Source: Candidatus Latescibacterota bacterium
Lineage (GTDB): Bacteria > JAAXHH01
Assembly (NCBI GenBank): GCA_012270975.1
Contig: JAAXHH010000141.1
Coordinates: forward strand, 343,089-407,088
Reading direction: 5' to 3'
DNA: 64,000 bases
In this document: positions 1 to 8,386 of the stretch, one piece after another
How the letters are laid out: each line of letters begins with the position of its first letter
Position numbering within the stretch: position 1 is the first letter of the stretch
The notes under the pieces: generated by a model
The model's input: only the letters and a program-made list of their open reading frames with translations
Told to the model about the DNA's origin: nothing
The model's database searches: none
Position numbers and translations under genes: made by a program

Positions 1-553
1 TCCGGGTAAAGAGCGCCGTGAGAATGCCGATACACGAGTAGAGCGCCGCTGCGATGTCCCCGATGGACACGCCCACCCGAACGGGCGGACGGTCCGGTTC
101 GCCGGTTATGCTGACGATGCCGCCCATGCCCTGGATGATCATGTCGTAGGCCCCGCGACGGGCGTAGGGCCCGGTCTGTCCGAACCCGGAACACGCCGCG
201 TAGATCAGGCCCGGAAACCGCGTCTGCAGCGTCTCGTAGTCGAGCCCGAGCTTCTTCATCACACCCGGCCTGAAGTTCTCCACCAGGACGTCCGACTTGC
301 CGATCAAATCGAGGAGCAGTTCGCGGCCGGTGGGATGCTTCAGGTCGACCGCGATGCTCCGCTTCCCCCGGTTGACGTTCTCGAAGTAGCCGCTCACGCC
401 TTCTTTGAACGGGCCGAATCCCCGCGCCTCGTCCCCGCCGAAGGGTTCGACCTTGATTACGTCGGCGCCCAGGTCGCCCAGGGTCATGGTCGTGAAGGGA
501 CCCGCGAGCACCCGGGTCAGGTCGATGACGCGAATGTCCTTGAGAGCGCCCAT
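1..553 (-). CDS. CoA-transferase family III (CaiB/BaiF-like), 5' part only; gene runs off the left edge of the window
   Basis: Own translation of the minus strand from ATG (complement of 551-553): MGALKDIRVIDLTRVLAGPFTTMTLGDLGADVIKVEPFGGDEARGFGPF..NVNRGKRSIAVDLKHPTGRELLLDLIGKSDVLVENFRPGVMKKLGLDYETL. This is a typical family III N-terminus. It is absent from the ORF track because no stop lies inside the window. Confidence 0.8.
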   Translation of the reverse strand, partial: MGALKDIRVIDLTRVLAGPFTTMTLGDLGADVIKVEPFGGDEARGFGPFKEGVSGYFENVNRGKRSIAVDLKHPTGRELLLDLIGKSDVLVENFRPGVMKKLGLDYETLQTRFPGLIYAACSGFGQTGPYARRGAYDMIIQGMGGIVSITGEPDRPPVRVGVSIGDIAAALYSCIGILTALFTR

Positions 554-632
554 GGCATCGGTACCTGAATGGTTTAGTGTGCCTGGTCCCTGCCTCTGCG
601 GGCTCAGTCCGGGGGGGGCTCAGTCCCGCGGT

Positions 633-1538
633 TCAGTCCGGCAGAACCTGGCATCCTTCGTTGTCAATCGGGAGGATCCGGTATTGTCCGGAAACGCCGT
701 GCCGGGCGAAGGCATCGACCATGGCTACCCCGATCCCCTCGTGGTTTTCCGTGGCCAGGGCGATGGCCGTGGGTCCGGCGCCGCTGAGGGCCGCGCCGTG
801 GGCGCCGGCGTCCAGGGCGTCCCTGGTGACCTCGGCGAGCCCGGGAACCAGGTGCCGTCGGTAGGGCTGGTGCAGGCGGTCGGCCATGCCCTCCCGGAGC
901 AAGGCGTAATTCCCCGTCACCATCCCGCCCACCAGCAGGCCCACGCTACACAGGTTGTAGACCGCGTCTTCCATGGAAACCGCATCAGGCAGAACCCCAC
1001 GGGCTACTTTCGTGTCGAGGGTAAAATCCGGTATGGCGACGACGGCCTGGAGGTCGGAGGGCACGGAAAAGGTCTGGTACACGATCGTTCCCGCTCGCTC
1101 GCCGCTTACGGAAAGCCCACCGAGCAGGGACGGAACGACATTATCTGGATGCCCTTCCAGGTCAGAACAGATACGGAGGAGTTCCGGTGTTCTCAGCGGC
1201 TGCCCCGCAAGGGCATTGGCCGCCACGGCACCTGCCACGATGGCCACTCCGCTGCTGCCCAGTCCCCGGGAGACGGGAATGGCGTGGTGCATGCGCGCCT
1301 TGAGACCGGCGGGTTGCCAATCCGCGGCGTCGAAAACGACCCGGGCGGAGACGATGCACAGGTTGCCTTCGTCAAGGGGCACCGCTTCGGCCCCTTCACC
1401 CTCCACGACCACATCCAGGCCGGATTCCGTTTCGGTAAACTCGATGGTGTTGTAGAGGCCGAGGGCCATTCCGGCGCAGTCGTAGCCGGAACCCAGGTTG
1501 CCCGTGGTCGCGGGAACGCGCACCCGCACGGAGGACAT
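633..1538 (-). CDS. thrB: homoserine kinase
   Basis: 301 aa. N-terminus VRVPATTGNLGSGYDCAG and GHMP-kinase loop PVSRGLGSSGVAIVAG. The start ATG shares one base with the stop of the upstream carrier gene (TGATG on the minus strand at 1540-1536). Confidence 0.9.
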   Translation of the reverse strand: MSSVRVRVPATTGNLGSGYDCAGMALGLYNTIEFTETESGLDVVVEGEGAEAVPLDEGNLCIVSARVVFDAADWQPAGLKARMHHAIPVSRGLGSSGVAIVAGAVAANALAGQPLRTPELLRICSDLEGHPDNVVPSLLGGLSVSGERAGTIVYQTFSVPSDLQAVVAIPDFTLDTKVARGVLPDAVSMEDAVYNLCSVGLLVGGMVTGNYALLREGMADRLHQPYRRHLVPGLAEVTRDALDAGAHGAALSGAGPTAIALATENHEGIGVAMVDAFARHGVSGQYRILPIDNEGCQVLPD

Positions 1539-1891
1539 CAGCCGCGGTCCCGCGGACCGCCCGGACCGCTCTGGCCGATCACGCCGATCACGCCACCCTG
1601 ACGACCCGGACCACCCAAGCCGCCCGCGATGGCGGGCACGATGGAAATCCGGTCTCCAGCCTTGACCGCGGTGTCCGTGCCGTCCAGAAACCGGATGTCT
1701 TCTTCATTGATGTAGATATTGATGAACCGCCGCACTTTTCCGGACTCGTCGCAGATACGATCCTTGATGCCGGGGTAGGATGCCTCCATGTTTCCGATCA
1801 GCGATTCGACGGTCTCGCCGTCTATTTCGATTTCCGACCGGTTGTCGGTCAACTTGCGCAGCGGGGTTGGAATACGAACGGTAACGGCCAT
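1538..1891 (-). CDS. ThiS/MoaD-family sulfur-carrier (beta-grasp) protein with a 26-residue extension after the Gly-Gly
   Basis: 117 aa. The core ends ..[17 protein letters not shown] as in MoaD/ThiS/CysO, followed by [26 protein letters not shown]. It sits between a cysteine-synthase-family gene and thrB. Confidence 0.7.
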   Translation of the reverse strand: MAVTVRIPTPLRKLTDNRSEIEIDGETVESLIGNMEASYPGIKDRICDESGKVRRFINIYINEEDIRFLDGTDTAVKAGDRISIVPAIAGGLGGPGRQGGVIGVIGQSGPGGPRDRG

Positions 1892-1927
1892 CTAACGGTT
1901 CCTCCTCTTAGTCGCTCTTAATCGTTC

Positions 1928-2875
1928 TTAGTCGTTCTGTCCTTCGAAATACTCCCGGATGCTCAGGTATCTTTCTCCGGTATCGCACAGGATGGTCACG
2001 ATCCTTCCTTCTTCCAGTATCTCCGCCATCCTGAGACTGGCGCAGACGTTGGCGCCTGCCGAAATACCCACCAGGAGCCCTTCCTCCAGGCCCATGCGGC
2101 GCGCCGTCTGGTAGGCATCCTCGTCATCGATCAACATCACCTCGTCAATGATCGACTGGTCCAGGATGTCAGGTATGAACCCGGCGCCGATGCCCTGGAT
2201 GGCGTGCACCAGGCTTTCCACGGGTTTACCCGATATCACCGGGGACAACGAGGGTTCCACCGCGATCACGAGGATGCGATCGTCCTTCTCCTTCAGGTAC
2301 TGTCCCACGCCGGTCAGCGTACCCCCGGTGCCCACGGCGGCCACGAAGGCGTCGATTGCTCCGCCGGTCGCCTCCCAAATCTCTTCGGCCGTGGTTTTCC
2401 GGTGTATCTCCACGTTGGCGGGGTTCTTGAACTGCTGGGGCATGAAGTAGTCGGGATGTTCGGCGAGAATCTCCTCCGCCTTCTGCACGGCGCCGGCCAT
2501 GCCCAGCATGCCCGGCGTCAGCACCAGTTCCGCTCCGTAGGAGGTCAGCAACACGCGCCGCTCCGAACTCATGTTGTCCGGCATCACGAGGATGACCTTG
2601 TAGCCCCGTACCGCGGCCACCATGCTCAGGCCGAGTCCCGTGTTGCCGCTCGTCGGCTCCACGATGGTGCCGCCCGCCTTGAGCAGGCCCTGCCGCTCGG
2701 CGTCCTGGATCATGCTCAGGCCGACGCGGTCCTTCACGCTGCCGCCGGGGTTGTCCGATTCGAGCTTGCCAAGTAGATCGACGCCGGAGACCCGATTTAT
2801 CCGGTTCAGGCGAACCAGGGGGGTGTTGCCGATCAGGTCGAGCGCGCTGTCGTATATTCCGTTCCCGGACGCCAC
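1928..2875 (-). CDS. cysteine synthase family PLP enzyme (CysK/CysM-like sulfhydrylase)
   Basis: 315 aa. Motifs: PLP-lysine GGSVKDR, TSGNTGLGL, GTGGTLTG and the ISAGAN loop, typical of the fold-type II O-acetylserine sulfhydrylase family. Confidence 0.85.
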   Translation of the reverse strand: MASGNGIYDSALDLIGNTPLVRLNRINRVSGVDLLGKLESDNPGGSVKDRVGLSMIQDAERQGLLKAGGTIVEPTSGNTGLGLSMVAAVRGYKVILVMPDNMSSERRVLLTSYGAELVLTPGMLGMAGAVQKAEEILAEHPDYFMPQQFKNPANVEIHRKTTAEEIWEATGGAIDAFVAAVGTGGTLTGVGQYLKEKDDRILVIAVEPSLSPVISGKPVESLVHAIQGIGAGFIPDILDQSIIDEVMLIDDEDAYQTARRMGLEEGLLVGISAGANVCASLRMAEILEEGRIVTILCDTGERYLSIREYFEGQND

Positions 2876-2885
2876 GGGCTATCCT

Positions 2886-3326
2886 TCAGATGTAGTACAT
2901 GGACAGGCTCTTCTGTGCCTGCCTGGAGATGTCTTCGAACGTGATGCCGTCCATGATCTCGCCGAGTTTGTCCTGCACCCCCATCCAAACATCCTTCAAT
3001 ACGTGCTGGCCGCTCAGCTGGTCCGTAATTTCGGCGTCTCCGGACAGGCTTTCGACGGAGATCAGGGCACCGTCCATGGCCCGGATCACGTCGCCCAGCG
3101 AGATCTCGCCCGGATTTCGCGCCAGCGAGTAGCCCCCGGTCGCTCCGCGCTTGCTCCGGACCAGGCCCGCGCGCTGCAGCTGAAGGAGGATCTGAACGAG
3201 GTATTTTTCAGGGATGGACTGTCGGACGGCGATGTCGCTGATATGGATGACTTCCGCCTTGTCGTGATAACGCGTCAACTCCAATACTGCCCTGCACGCG
3301 TACTCCGCTTTGGCTGAAACCCGCAT
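2886..3326 (-). CDS. Rrf2 family transcriptional regulator (CymR/IscR-like)
   Basis: 146 aa. MRVSAKAEYACRAVLEL..ISDIA..IPEKYLVQILLQLQRAGLVRSKRGATGGYSLAR is a canonical Rrf2 wHTH. It lies 10 nt upstream of the sulfhydrylase gene. Confidence 0.85.
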   Translation of the reverse strand: MRVSAKAEYACRAVLELTRYHDKAEVIHISDIAVRQSIPEKYLVQILLQLQRAGLVRSKRGATGGYSLARNPGEISLGDVIRAMDGALISVESLSGDAEITDQLSGQHVLKDVWMGVQDKLGEIMDGITFEDISRQAQKSLSMYYI

Positions 3327-3348
3327 GCGTCCTCCCTGGCCGCCGGCT

Positions 3349-3366
3349 TTAGTTTACTAATTTAGT
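3349..3366. promoter_or_regulatory. overlapping palindromes TTAGT-tt-ACTAA-t-TTAGT upstream of the rrf2 gene (candidate autoregulatory operator)
   Basis: Plus strand reads tTTAGTttACTAAtTTAGTc about 25-40 nt upstream of the rrf2 ATG (3326). It has three alternating half-sites. It overlaps a possible minus-strand -10 (TAAACT), and an SD GGGAGGA precedes the ATG. Confidence 0.3.
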
Positions 3367-3426
3367 CAACATGATATGAAGAGGGCGGCACAGAGTCAAG
3401 AAAATATGGAGCGAGCGAGGAGCGAA

Positions 3427-4377
3427 TCAGGCGAACAGGCGGGTGTGGTAGTCCAGGAACCGGACGGGATCCAGGGATTCCATGCGTAGGTCCTCGGGTG
3501 CCGCTCCACCCATGGCCGCACGGGGAGCGAGTCCGACCAGTTCGCTCTCCAGGACTTCGACTCCTTCGGCTTTCGCGAGGAGCGCGACGGCGTCGAAAGC
3601 CTGGACCATGTTCGTCTTACGGTAGTCGATCAGGTTCATGGAAACCTGGGCGAGATGCCGTCCCGGCAGCAGCAGTCCAAGAGCCCGCACACCGGGCAGG
3701 CCGCCATCTTTCTCCCGGATGCTCCGGGCGATCTCCCGGGCTACACGCACGTCGTCAGTGTCCAAGTTCACGTTGTACGCGACGAGGATATCGCGGACGC
3801 CAACCGCCGTGGCGCCGGCGGAAGCGTGGACCGCGTCCGGACCGACATCGGGCGTTCGCTCCGGTTCCCGTCGGGCCTGTCGAACCTTACCGGCTCCTTG
3901 GGCTTGTTGGGCTAAGCGGGCCTGTTCTACCAGTCCCTCGAATCCTCCCCGGCGTATCTCAGGTAGCTCTCCTCGCCGCGCATTAGAGGCGGCGTACCCG
4001 TAGAAATACACCGGAATCCCGAGAGATCGGCCGATCTCCTGGCCGCAGGTCCGGGCGAGGGCGACACAGTCGGTGAGGGTGTAATCGGAAAGGGGTATGA
4101 AGGGGATGACGTCCGTGGCGCCGATGCGGGGATGTACGCCACGGTGTTGCCTCAGGTCGATGAGGTCCCGGGCCGTCCTGCAGGCTTCGAAAGCTCCCCT
4201 GGCGACGTCTTCGGGCGAACCCATGAACGTGATCACGGAGCGGTTGTGATCTCCGTCCATTTCCATGCCGGCCAGGTGGACACCGTCGATTGCGGCGATG
4301 CTGGTGGCAATGGACTCCACGATGCCCGAATCGCGCCCTTCACTGAAGTTGGGCACGCACTCGACTAGGGGCTTCAT
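3427..4377 (-). CDS. ftcD: glutamate formimidoyltransferase
   Basis: 316 aa. The N-terminus LVECVPNFSEGRD is the signature start of the formiminotransferase domain. Confidence 0.8.
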   Translation of the reverse strand: MKPLVECVPNFSEGRDSGIVESIATSIAAIDGVHLAGMEMDGDHNRSVITFMGSPEDVARGAFEACRTARDLIDLRQHRGVHPRIGATDVIPFIPLSDYTLTDCVALARTCGQEIGRSLGIPVYFYGYAASNARRGELPEIRRGGFEGLVEQARLAQQAQGAGKVRQARREPERTPDVGPDAVHASAGATAVGVRDILVAYNVNLDTDDVRVAREIARSIREKDGGLPGVRALGLLLPGRHLAQVSMNLIDYRKTNMVQAFDAVALLAKAEGVEVLESELVGLAPRAAMGGAAPEDLRMESLDPVRFLDYHTRLFA

Positions 4378-5075
4378 CAGAGTATGCCGTATTTCTCGAA
4401 GGCGGCGGTGGCGGACATGCCGTTCTGAAGGGCCTGTTTGACCTCTTTCTCCTCGGCCGCCTTTTCAAACGCCGCTTTCAGAACCCGTTCTTCCGCAGCC
4501 CGGGGTACGACCACGACCCCGTCGAAGTCGCCAAAAATGAGATCGCCCGGACAGACCTTCACGCCGCCGCAGTCGATGGGCGTATTGTAGGCGATGACGT
4601 CGCTCCTTCCCTTCGAATCATAAGGCGCGATGCCGCGGACGAACAGCGGAAAGCCCATATCGGCGATGGCCTGCGAATCCCGGGTAAACCCGTCGATCAC
4701 GGCACCGCGCGCCCCCCGGGCCTCCGCGGCGGTCGAGAGCAGCTCGCCCCAGAGACTGCTTCGCGTCGTGCCGTTGGTCTGCGCCACGAGGACATCCCCG
4801 GGTTTCAGGGCATCCACGGCCTCCAGCTCCAGCTTGTAGGGCTCGTCGGGAATCTCGTACACGTCGACGGACAGCACGGTCAGCGCCCGGCCCACGGCCA
4901 CGGCGTTTGGAAACAGGGGCCTGATGTCGTGACGGAGGATCTGGTCGCGATATCCGCAGGCGTCCAGGGCATCCGCGATCACCGCCGAAAACAGCTGCTC
5001 CTTCATCTCTTCGTACAGTTCGCTGCCAGTTTCTTTGCCCAATTTCGTGTTCTCCCCGCAACGGACGCGTCGCAT
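4377..5075 (-). CDS. RraA family protein (RraA / 4-hydroxy-4-methyl-2-oxoglutarate aldolase-like)
   Basis: 232 aa ORF with motifs GELLSTAAEARGARGAVIDGFTRD and PLFVRG. An alternative start at Met24 (5006) would give 209 aa. Confidence 0.7.
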   Translation of the reverse strand: MRRVRCGENTKLGKETGSELYEEMKEQLFSAVIADALDACGYRDQILRHDIRPLFPNAVAVGRALTVLSVDVYEIPDEPYKLELEAVDALKPGDVLVAQTNGTTRSSLWGELLSTAAEARGARGAVIDGFTRDSQAIADMGFPLFVRGIAPYDSKGRSDVIAYNTPIDCGGVKVCPGDLIFGDFDGVVVVPRAAEERVLKAAFEKAAEEKEVKQALQNGMSATAAFEKYGIL

Positions 5076-5105
5076 CGCGCGTACATGCGCCGGTGCGTGT
5101 TTGTG

Positions 5106-6629
5106 TTACAGATCTCTACTGAAAGTCAGTACCACGTCGATCCTTCGGTTCCGTTCCCTGCCTCTGCGCGTATTGTTGCTGTCGATGGGCTGGGCGCTGC
5201 CAAAGCCGGAGGACGTCATACGCTCGGCCGCAACGCCGGATTGGTCCGCCAGAAACTGCATGACCGCGTCGGCGCGGGATTTCGAGAGGGTGACGTTCTT
5301 GTCCTCCGCGCCGGTGGCATCGGTATGTCCCTCCACGGCAACCCGGGTCTGGGGATACAACACGAGGAATTCCCCGAGTCTCTCGAACAGCCCGTGTGCG
5401 CCACCGGGTATCTCCGTTCTTCCAGCCTGGAAGGACAGTCCGATGAGCCGCAGGGTGAGCCGGTCGGCGTCCCGCACCACGATCGCTTCGCCGTCCGAAA
5501 AGCGCTCCCGGGCCTGGGCGGCGGCATCCAGCTGGGTCTTTTCGTACAGGTATTCCCGAACTTCCCGCCGCTCCCGGTCCAGCTCCTCCTTTCTCCGCTG
5601 AAGGTCCTGCTGGTAGCTTTCCACCATGGACGACAGCCGAATCTGCTGTTGCTCGATCGCCTGGCGCAGGGAATCGACCTCGGCCCTGAGCGACTCGGCG
5701 TCCCCTTCCGCCCTTTGGAGGAGGAGGACGACGGAATCCTGTCGCGCGGCGAGCGCCCGCAAACTTTCCGTCATAATCGCCTGTGGGTCATCCGCCAGGA
5801 AATCGGCGGCGAATCCGGCCATGTCGGCGGCTTGCCGGGCGAGATCTTCCTGTGCCAGCAACAACCGCTCCCAGTTCCCGGGATCACGGCGAAGCGTATC
5901 GACCCGCGTCGCGACCTCGATGGCACGCCGTACCGCGGAATCGGCGGCCCGGGCTTTGTTTCGAAGCACGACGGACACGGGTTCTCCGCGGTCCAGGGCA
6001 CCGGTCACTTCGTCCACCATTCGGCGGGCTCGTTCGAAGGACGCAGGAGCCAACCGGTCCCAATCCTGCTTCTCGGCTTCCGCCAGTCCGATCCTTGCGG
6101 ATCCGATCAGCGACATCTCGATCACCAACGACCTCGCGTCGTCGAAGAGCATGGCGGCTTCCTGTCCCCGGGCGAAGGCATCGGAGACCCGGTCGTCTTC
6201 CAGCCTGGAAATGGCTTGTTGGAGTCGCTTCTCGGCCTCCTCGTAGGCGTCCGGAACCATCGCGGGAGCGTTCGCCCGCTGGGCTGTCGCCCGTTTCTCC
6301 AGCGGTACCATCAGCATTTCGTTCACCCGTTCCAGTCGTTCCCGGGCCAGGACCAGGGCGGCGTCGAACTCCGCATAGGCCCGCTGGATATCCCGGGTCG
6401 ATTTGCCTTCCCGGATATCACGGGTATATCGATCGTAGGCCGCCCGGACCTTGTTGTAGGTTTCGGGGATCAGGAACCCGGCGTCGAGATCGGAAAGCTG
6501 GTTCAGAGAGGAAGTGGCCGCCGCGATCTGTCCCGCTGGGCTGCCGCTGCCGGAATCCTGGGCCGACAACGGAAGGGGGGTTGCCAGGAGACAGGAAATG
6601 CACAGAGAAACCAGGAAACCGGAACGCAT
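5106..6629 (-). CDS. OmpA-family protein with signal peptide and long coiled-coil-like N-terminal region
   Basis: 507 aa. Signal-like N-terminus MRSGFLVSLCISCLLATPLPLSAQ. C-terminal OmpA domain: VAVEGHTDATGAEDKNVTLSKSRADAV..NNTRRGRERNRRIDVVL. Confidence 0.8.
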   Translation of the reverse strand: MRSGFLVSLCISCLLATPLPLSAQDSGSGSPAGQIAAATSSLNQLSDLDAGFLIPETYNKVRAAYDRYTRDIREGKSTRDIQRAYAEFDAALVLARERLERVNEMLMVPLEKRATAQRANAPAMVPDAYEEAEKRLQQAISRLEDDRVSDAFARGQEAAMLFDDARSLVIEMSLIGSARIGLAEAEKQDWDRLAPASFERARRMVDEVTGALDRGEPVSVVLRNKARAADSAVRRAIEVATRVDTLRRDPGNWERLLLAQEDLARQAADMAGFAADFLADDPQAIMTESLRALAARQDSVVLLLQRAEGDAESLRAEVDSLRQAIEQQQIRLSSMVESYQQDLQRRKEELDRERREVREYLYEKTQLDAAAQARERFSDGEAIVVRDADRLTLRLIGLSFQAGRTEIPGGAHGLFERLGEFLVLYPQTRVAVEGHTDATGAEDKNVTLSKSRADAVMQFLADQSGVAAERMTSSGFGSAQPIDSNNTRRGRERNRRIDVVLTFSRDL

Positions 6630-6633
6630 GAGG

Positions 6634-6927
6634 TTATCCTCCGCCTCTCAGGAAAGCCATGGTCAGCACGGGTTTGACATCGGGCAGGTGATCGTCGACC
6701 GTGACCTCGATAGCGGGTATATCGCCCAGCCTGGCCAGGGGGTGGGTCTTCGTGGTATGATAAGCCAGGCTGATTTCCCCTGTTTCGGACGCGACATCGA
6801 TAGCGAATACAACCTTGCCGTTCACTTCGCGGACGGACACGACGGGGATATTCTCGTCCCGCAGCGCCCGTTTCAGGCCCCGGACGGCGTCTTCCAGCTT
6901 GAATCCAAAATAAGTGTGGCAGGACAC
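6634..6927 (-). CDS. hypothetical small protein ending ..AFLRGGG
   Basis: 97 aa ORF, tightly packed between the MoaD-like gene (5-nt gap) and the OmpA-like gene (4-nt gap). Composition is normal. I recognise no family. Confidence 0.45.
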   Translation of the reverse strand: MSCHTYFGFKLEDAVRGLKRALRDENIPVVSVREVNGKVVFAIDVASETGEISLAYHTTKTHPLARLGDIPAIEVTVDDHLPDVKPVLTMAFLRGGG

Positions 6928-6932
6928 CGGCC

Positions 6933-7175
6933 CTAAGCCCCGCCGGCAATCGGGGGAAAAAAGCTGACCACCGCGCCATCCGTCAGCGGGGTGTCTTCAG
7001 CCGAGTGCTTGCCGTCGATCAGGATCAGGTGTATGTGTCCATCGGGGATGGCCAGTTGCGCGATGATATCGCCCGCCGTTGCCTGGTCGCCGAGTTCAAT
7101 CGTCGCTGTTTTGTTGACCGCGTTCTCGGGCAGGTATTTTCTCAGGGTGGCAAAGAGTTTTACAGAAACGGTCAT
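6933..7175 (-). CDS. ThiS/MoaD-family sulfur-carrier-like protein ending ..PPIAGGA
   Basis: MTVSVKLFATLRKYLPEN...GAVVSFFPPIAGGA shows the MoaD/ThiS pattern. Start chosen at Met8 of the track ORF because GAGAGGA lies 7 nt upstream of that ATG (7175). Confidence 0.7.
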   Translation of the reverse strand: MTVSVKLFATLRKYLPENAVNKTATIELGDQATAGDIIAQLAIPDGHIHLILIDGKHSAEDTPLTDGAVVSFFPPIAGGA

Positions 7176-7320
7176 GGGGCATCCTCTCTGGTTCAAGTTA
7201 TCAGTAAATACCTGTTTTACAGATGGTTATGTGCGCTCGGACATACCCGTGCATGGGTAAATCCTGACCGTTAACTTAACGGGGAAATCACGGTTCAATC
7301 AAGGAGAAAATGTGATAGGA

Positions 7321-8313
7321 TCACGCCCACTTGAACACCACGCCCAGTACCTCCCTGGGATGGTCTGCAAGCATGTCGTAGACGGACTGGCAGTCGGAGG
7401 GACTGACTTCGTGGGTGATCAGGTCTTCGATCGGCAGTTTTCCTTCATCCATGAGCCGGAGAACCAGATCACGATCCCTGCGCTTGCTCCAGGGATAGTA
7501 CAGGTCGGCCTCATCGGGTGTTTTGGGCTGGTGGGCACCCAGGACCGTGACCTCGCGTAAATGAACCTCGGCGAAAAAGCTCACTTCCACCGAACCGCGC
7601 GGGGAACCGAGGGCGAGCAGGCGGCCGCCCAGCCTCGGCAGGGTCAGCGCCATGGGATACACCGAAGGGACGCCCGTTGCTTCTATAACCAGGTCCGCAC
7701 CGTCTGCCACACAGTGCCGGCGTACCGCTTCGGCCACGTCGGGTTCTTTCTCCGGGTTGATACATACGTCGACTCCGCGTTCACGGGCCTTTTGAAGGCG
7801 GAAGTCGTCCAGATCCACGCCAATTACGGGTACGGCGCCGCTCAGTCCGGCAAAGGTGGCGGCCAACTGGCCCACGATGCCCATGCCGGTTACTACCACG
7901 GCCTCGCCGAGTTCGGGACGGGCTACACGGTGACCGTGCAGTGATGTCGCGCACATCACCATGAAAGCCGCCGCCCTGGATGATACGTTCGCCGGCACCT
8001 TGTTGATCAAACCCGACAATATCGAATGACTTGCGTGATTCCCCTGTCCAGCCACCCGATCGCCCGGAACGAGCCCCTTTACATCCCTACCGACCTCTAA
8101 AACTACGCCCGCATCGCAATAACCGGTATTTCTTGGGAAATTCGGTTTACCACCCGGTTCACACCCATTTATATAATTGTATATCTCGGTGCCGACGCTT
8201 ACAGCTGTATACTCGTTTTGGACGAGCACGCCATTATCCGCCACTGGAGGAAGTTCGTATTCCTCCAGTTCCATACGTCGAAAATCTGGGTTAATTAGTC
8301 TCCGGGCTTTCAA
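7321..8313 (-). CDS. zinc-type medium-chain dehydrogenase/reductase (MDR) family oxidoreductase
   Basis: 330 aa. GroES-like N-domain (..GYCDAGVVLEVGRDVKGLVPGDRV..) and Rossmann motif VVVTGMGIVGQL. Confidence 0.75.
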   Translation of the reverse strand: MKARRLINPDFRRMELEEYELPPVADNGVLVQNEYTAVSVGTEIYNYINGCEPGGKPNFPRNTGYCDAGVVLEVGRDVKGLVPGDRVAGQGNHASHSILSGLINKVPANVSSRAAAFMVMCATSLHGHRVARPELGEAVVVTGMGIVGQLAATFAGLSGAVPVIGVDLDDFRLQKARERGVDVCINPEKEPDVAEAVRRHCVADGADLVIEATGVPSVYPMALTLPRLGGRLLALGSPRGSVEVSFFAEVHLREVTVLGAHQPKTPDEADLYYPWSKRRDRDLVLRLMDEGKLPIEDLITHEVSPSDCQSVYDMLADHPREVLGVVFKWA

Positions 8314-8386
8314 GGAGTGCTCGTATCCGTTTTGGGGGGAAACCGTAGATGTTCTAAAGTTTTCAGGCGTGGGGAAGAAACCATGC

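Noticed and set aside
4929-6677. 582-aa plus-strand ORF
   Set aside because: It lies opposite the OmpA-family gene, which has a signal peptide and a canonical OmpA C-terminal domain. The plus-strand product has no motifs.
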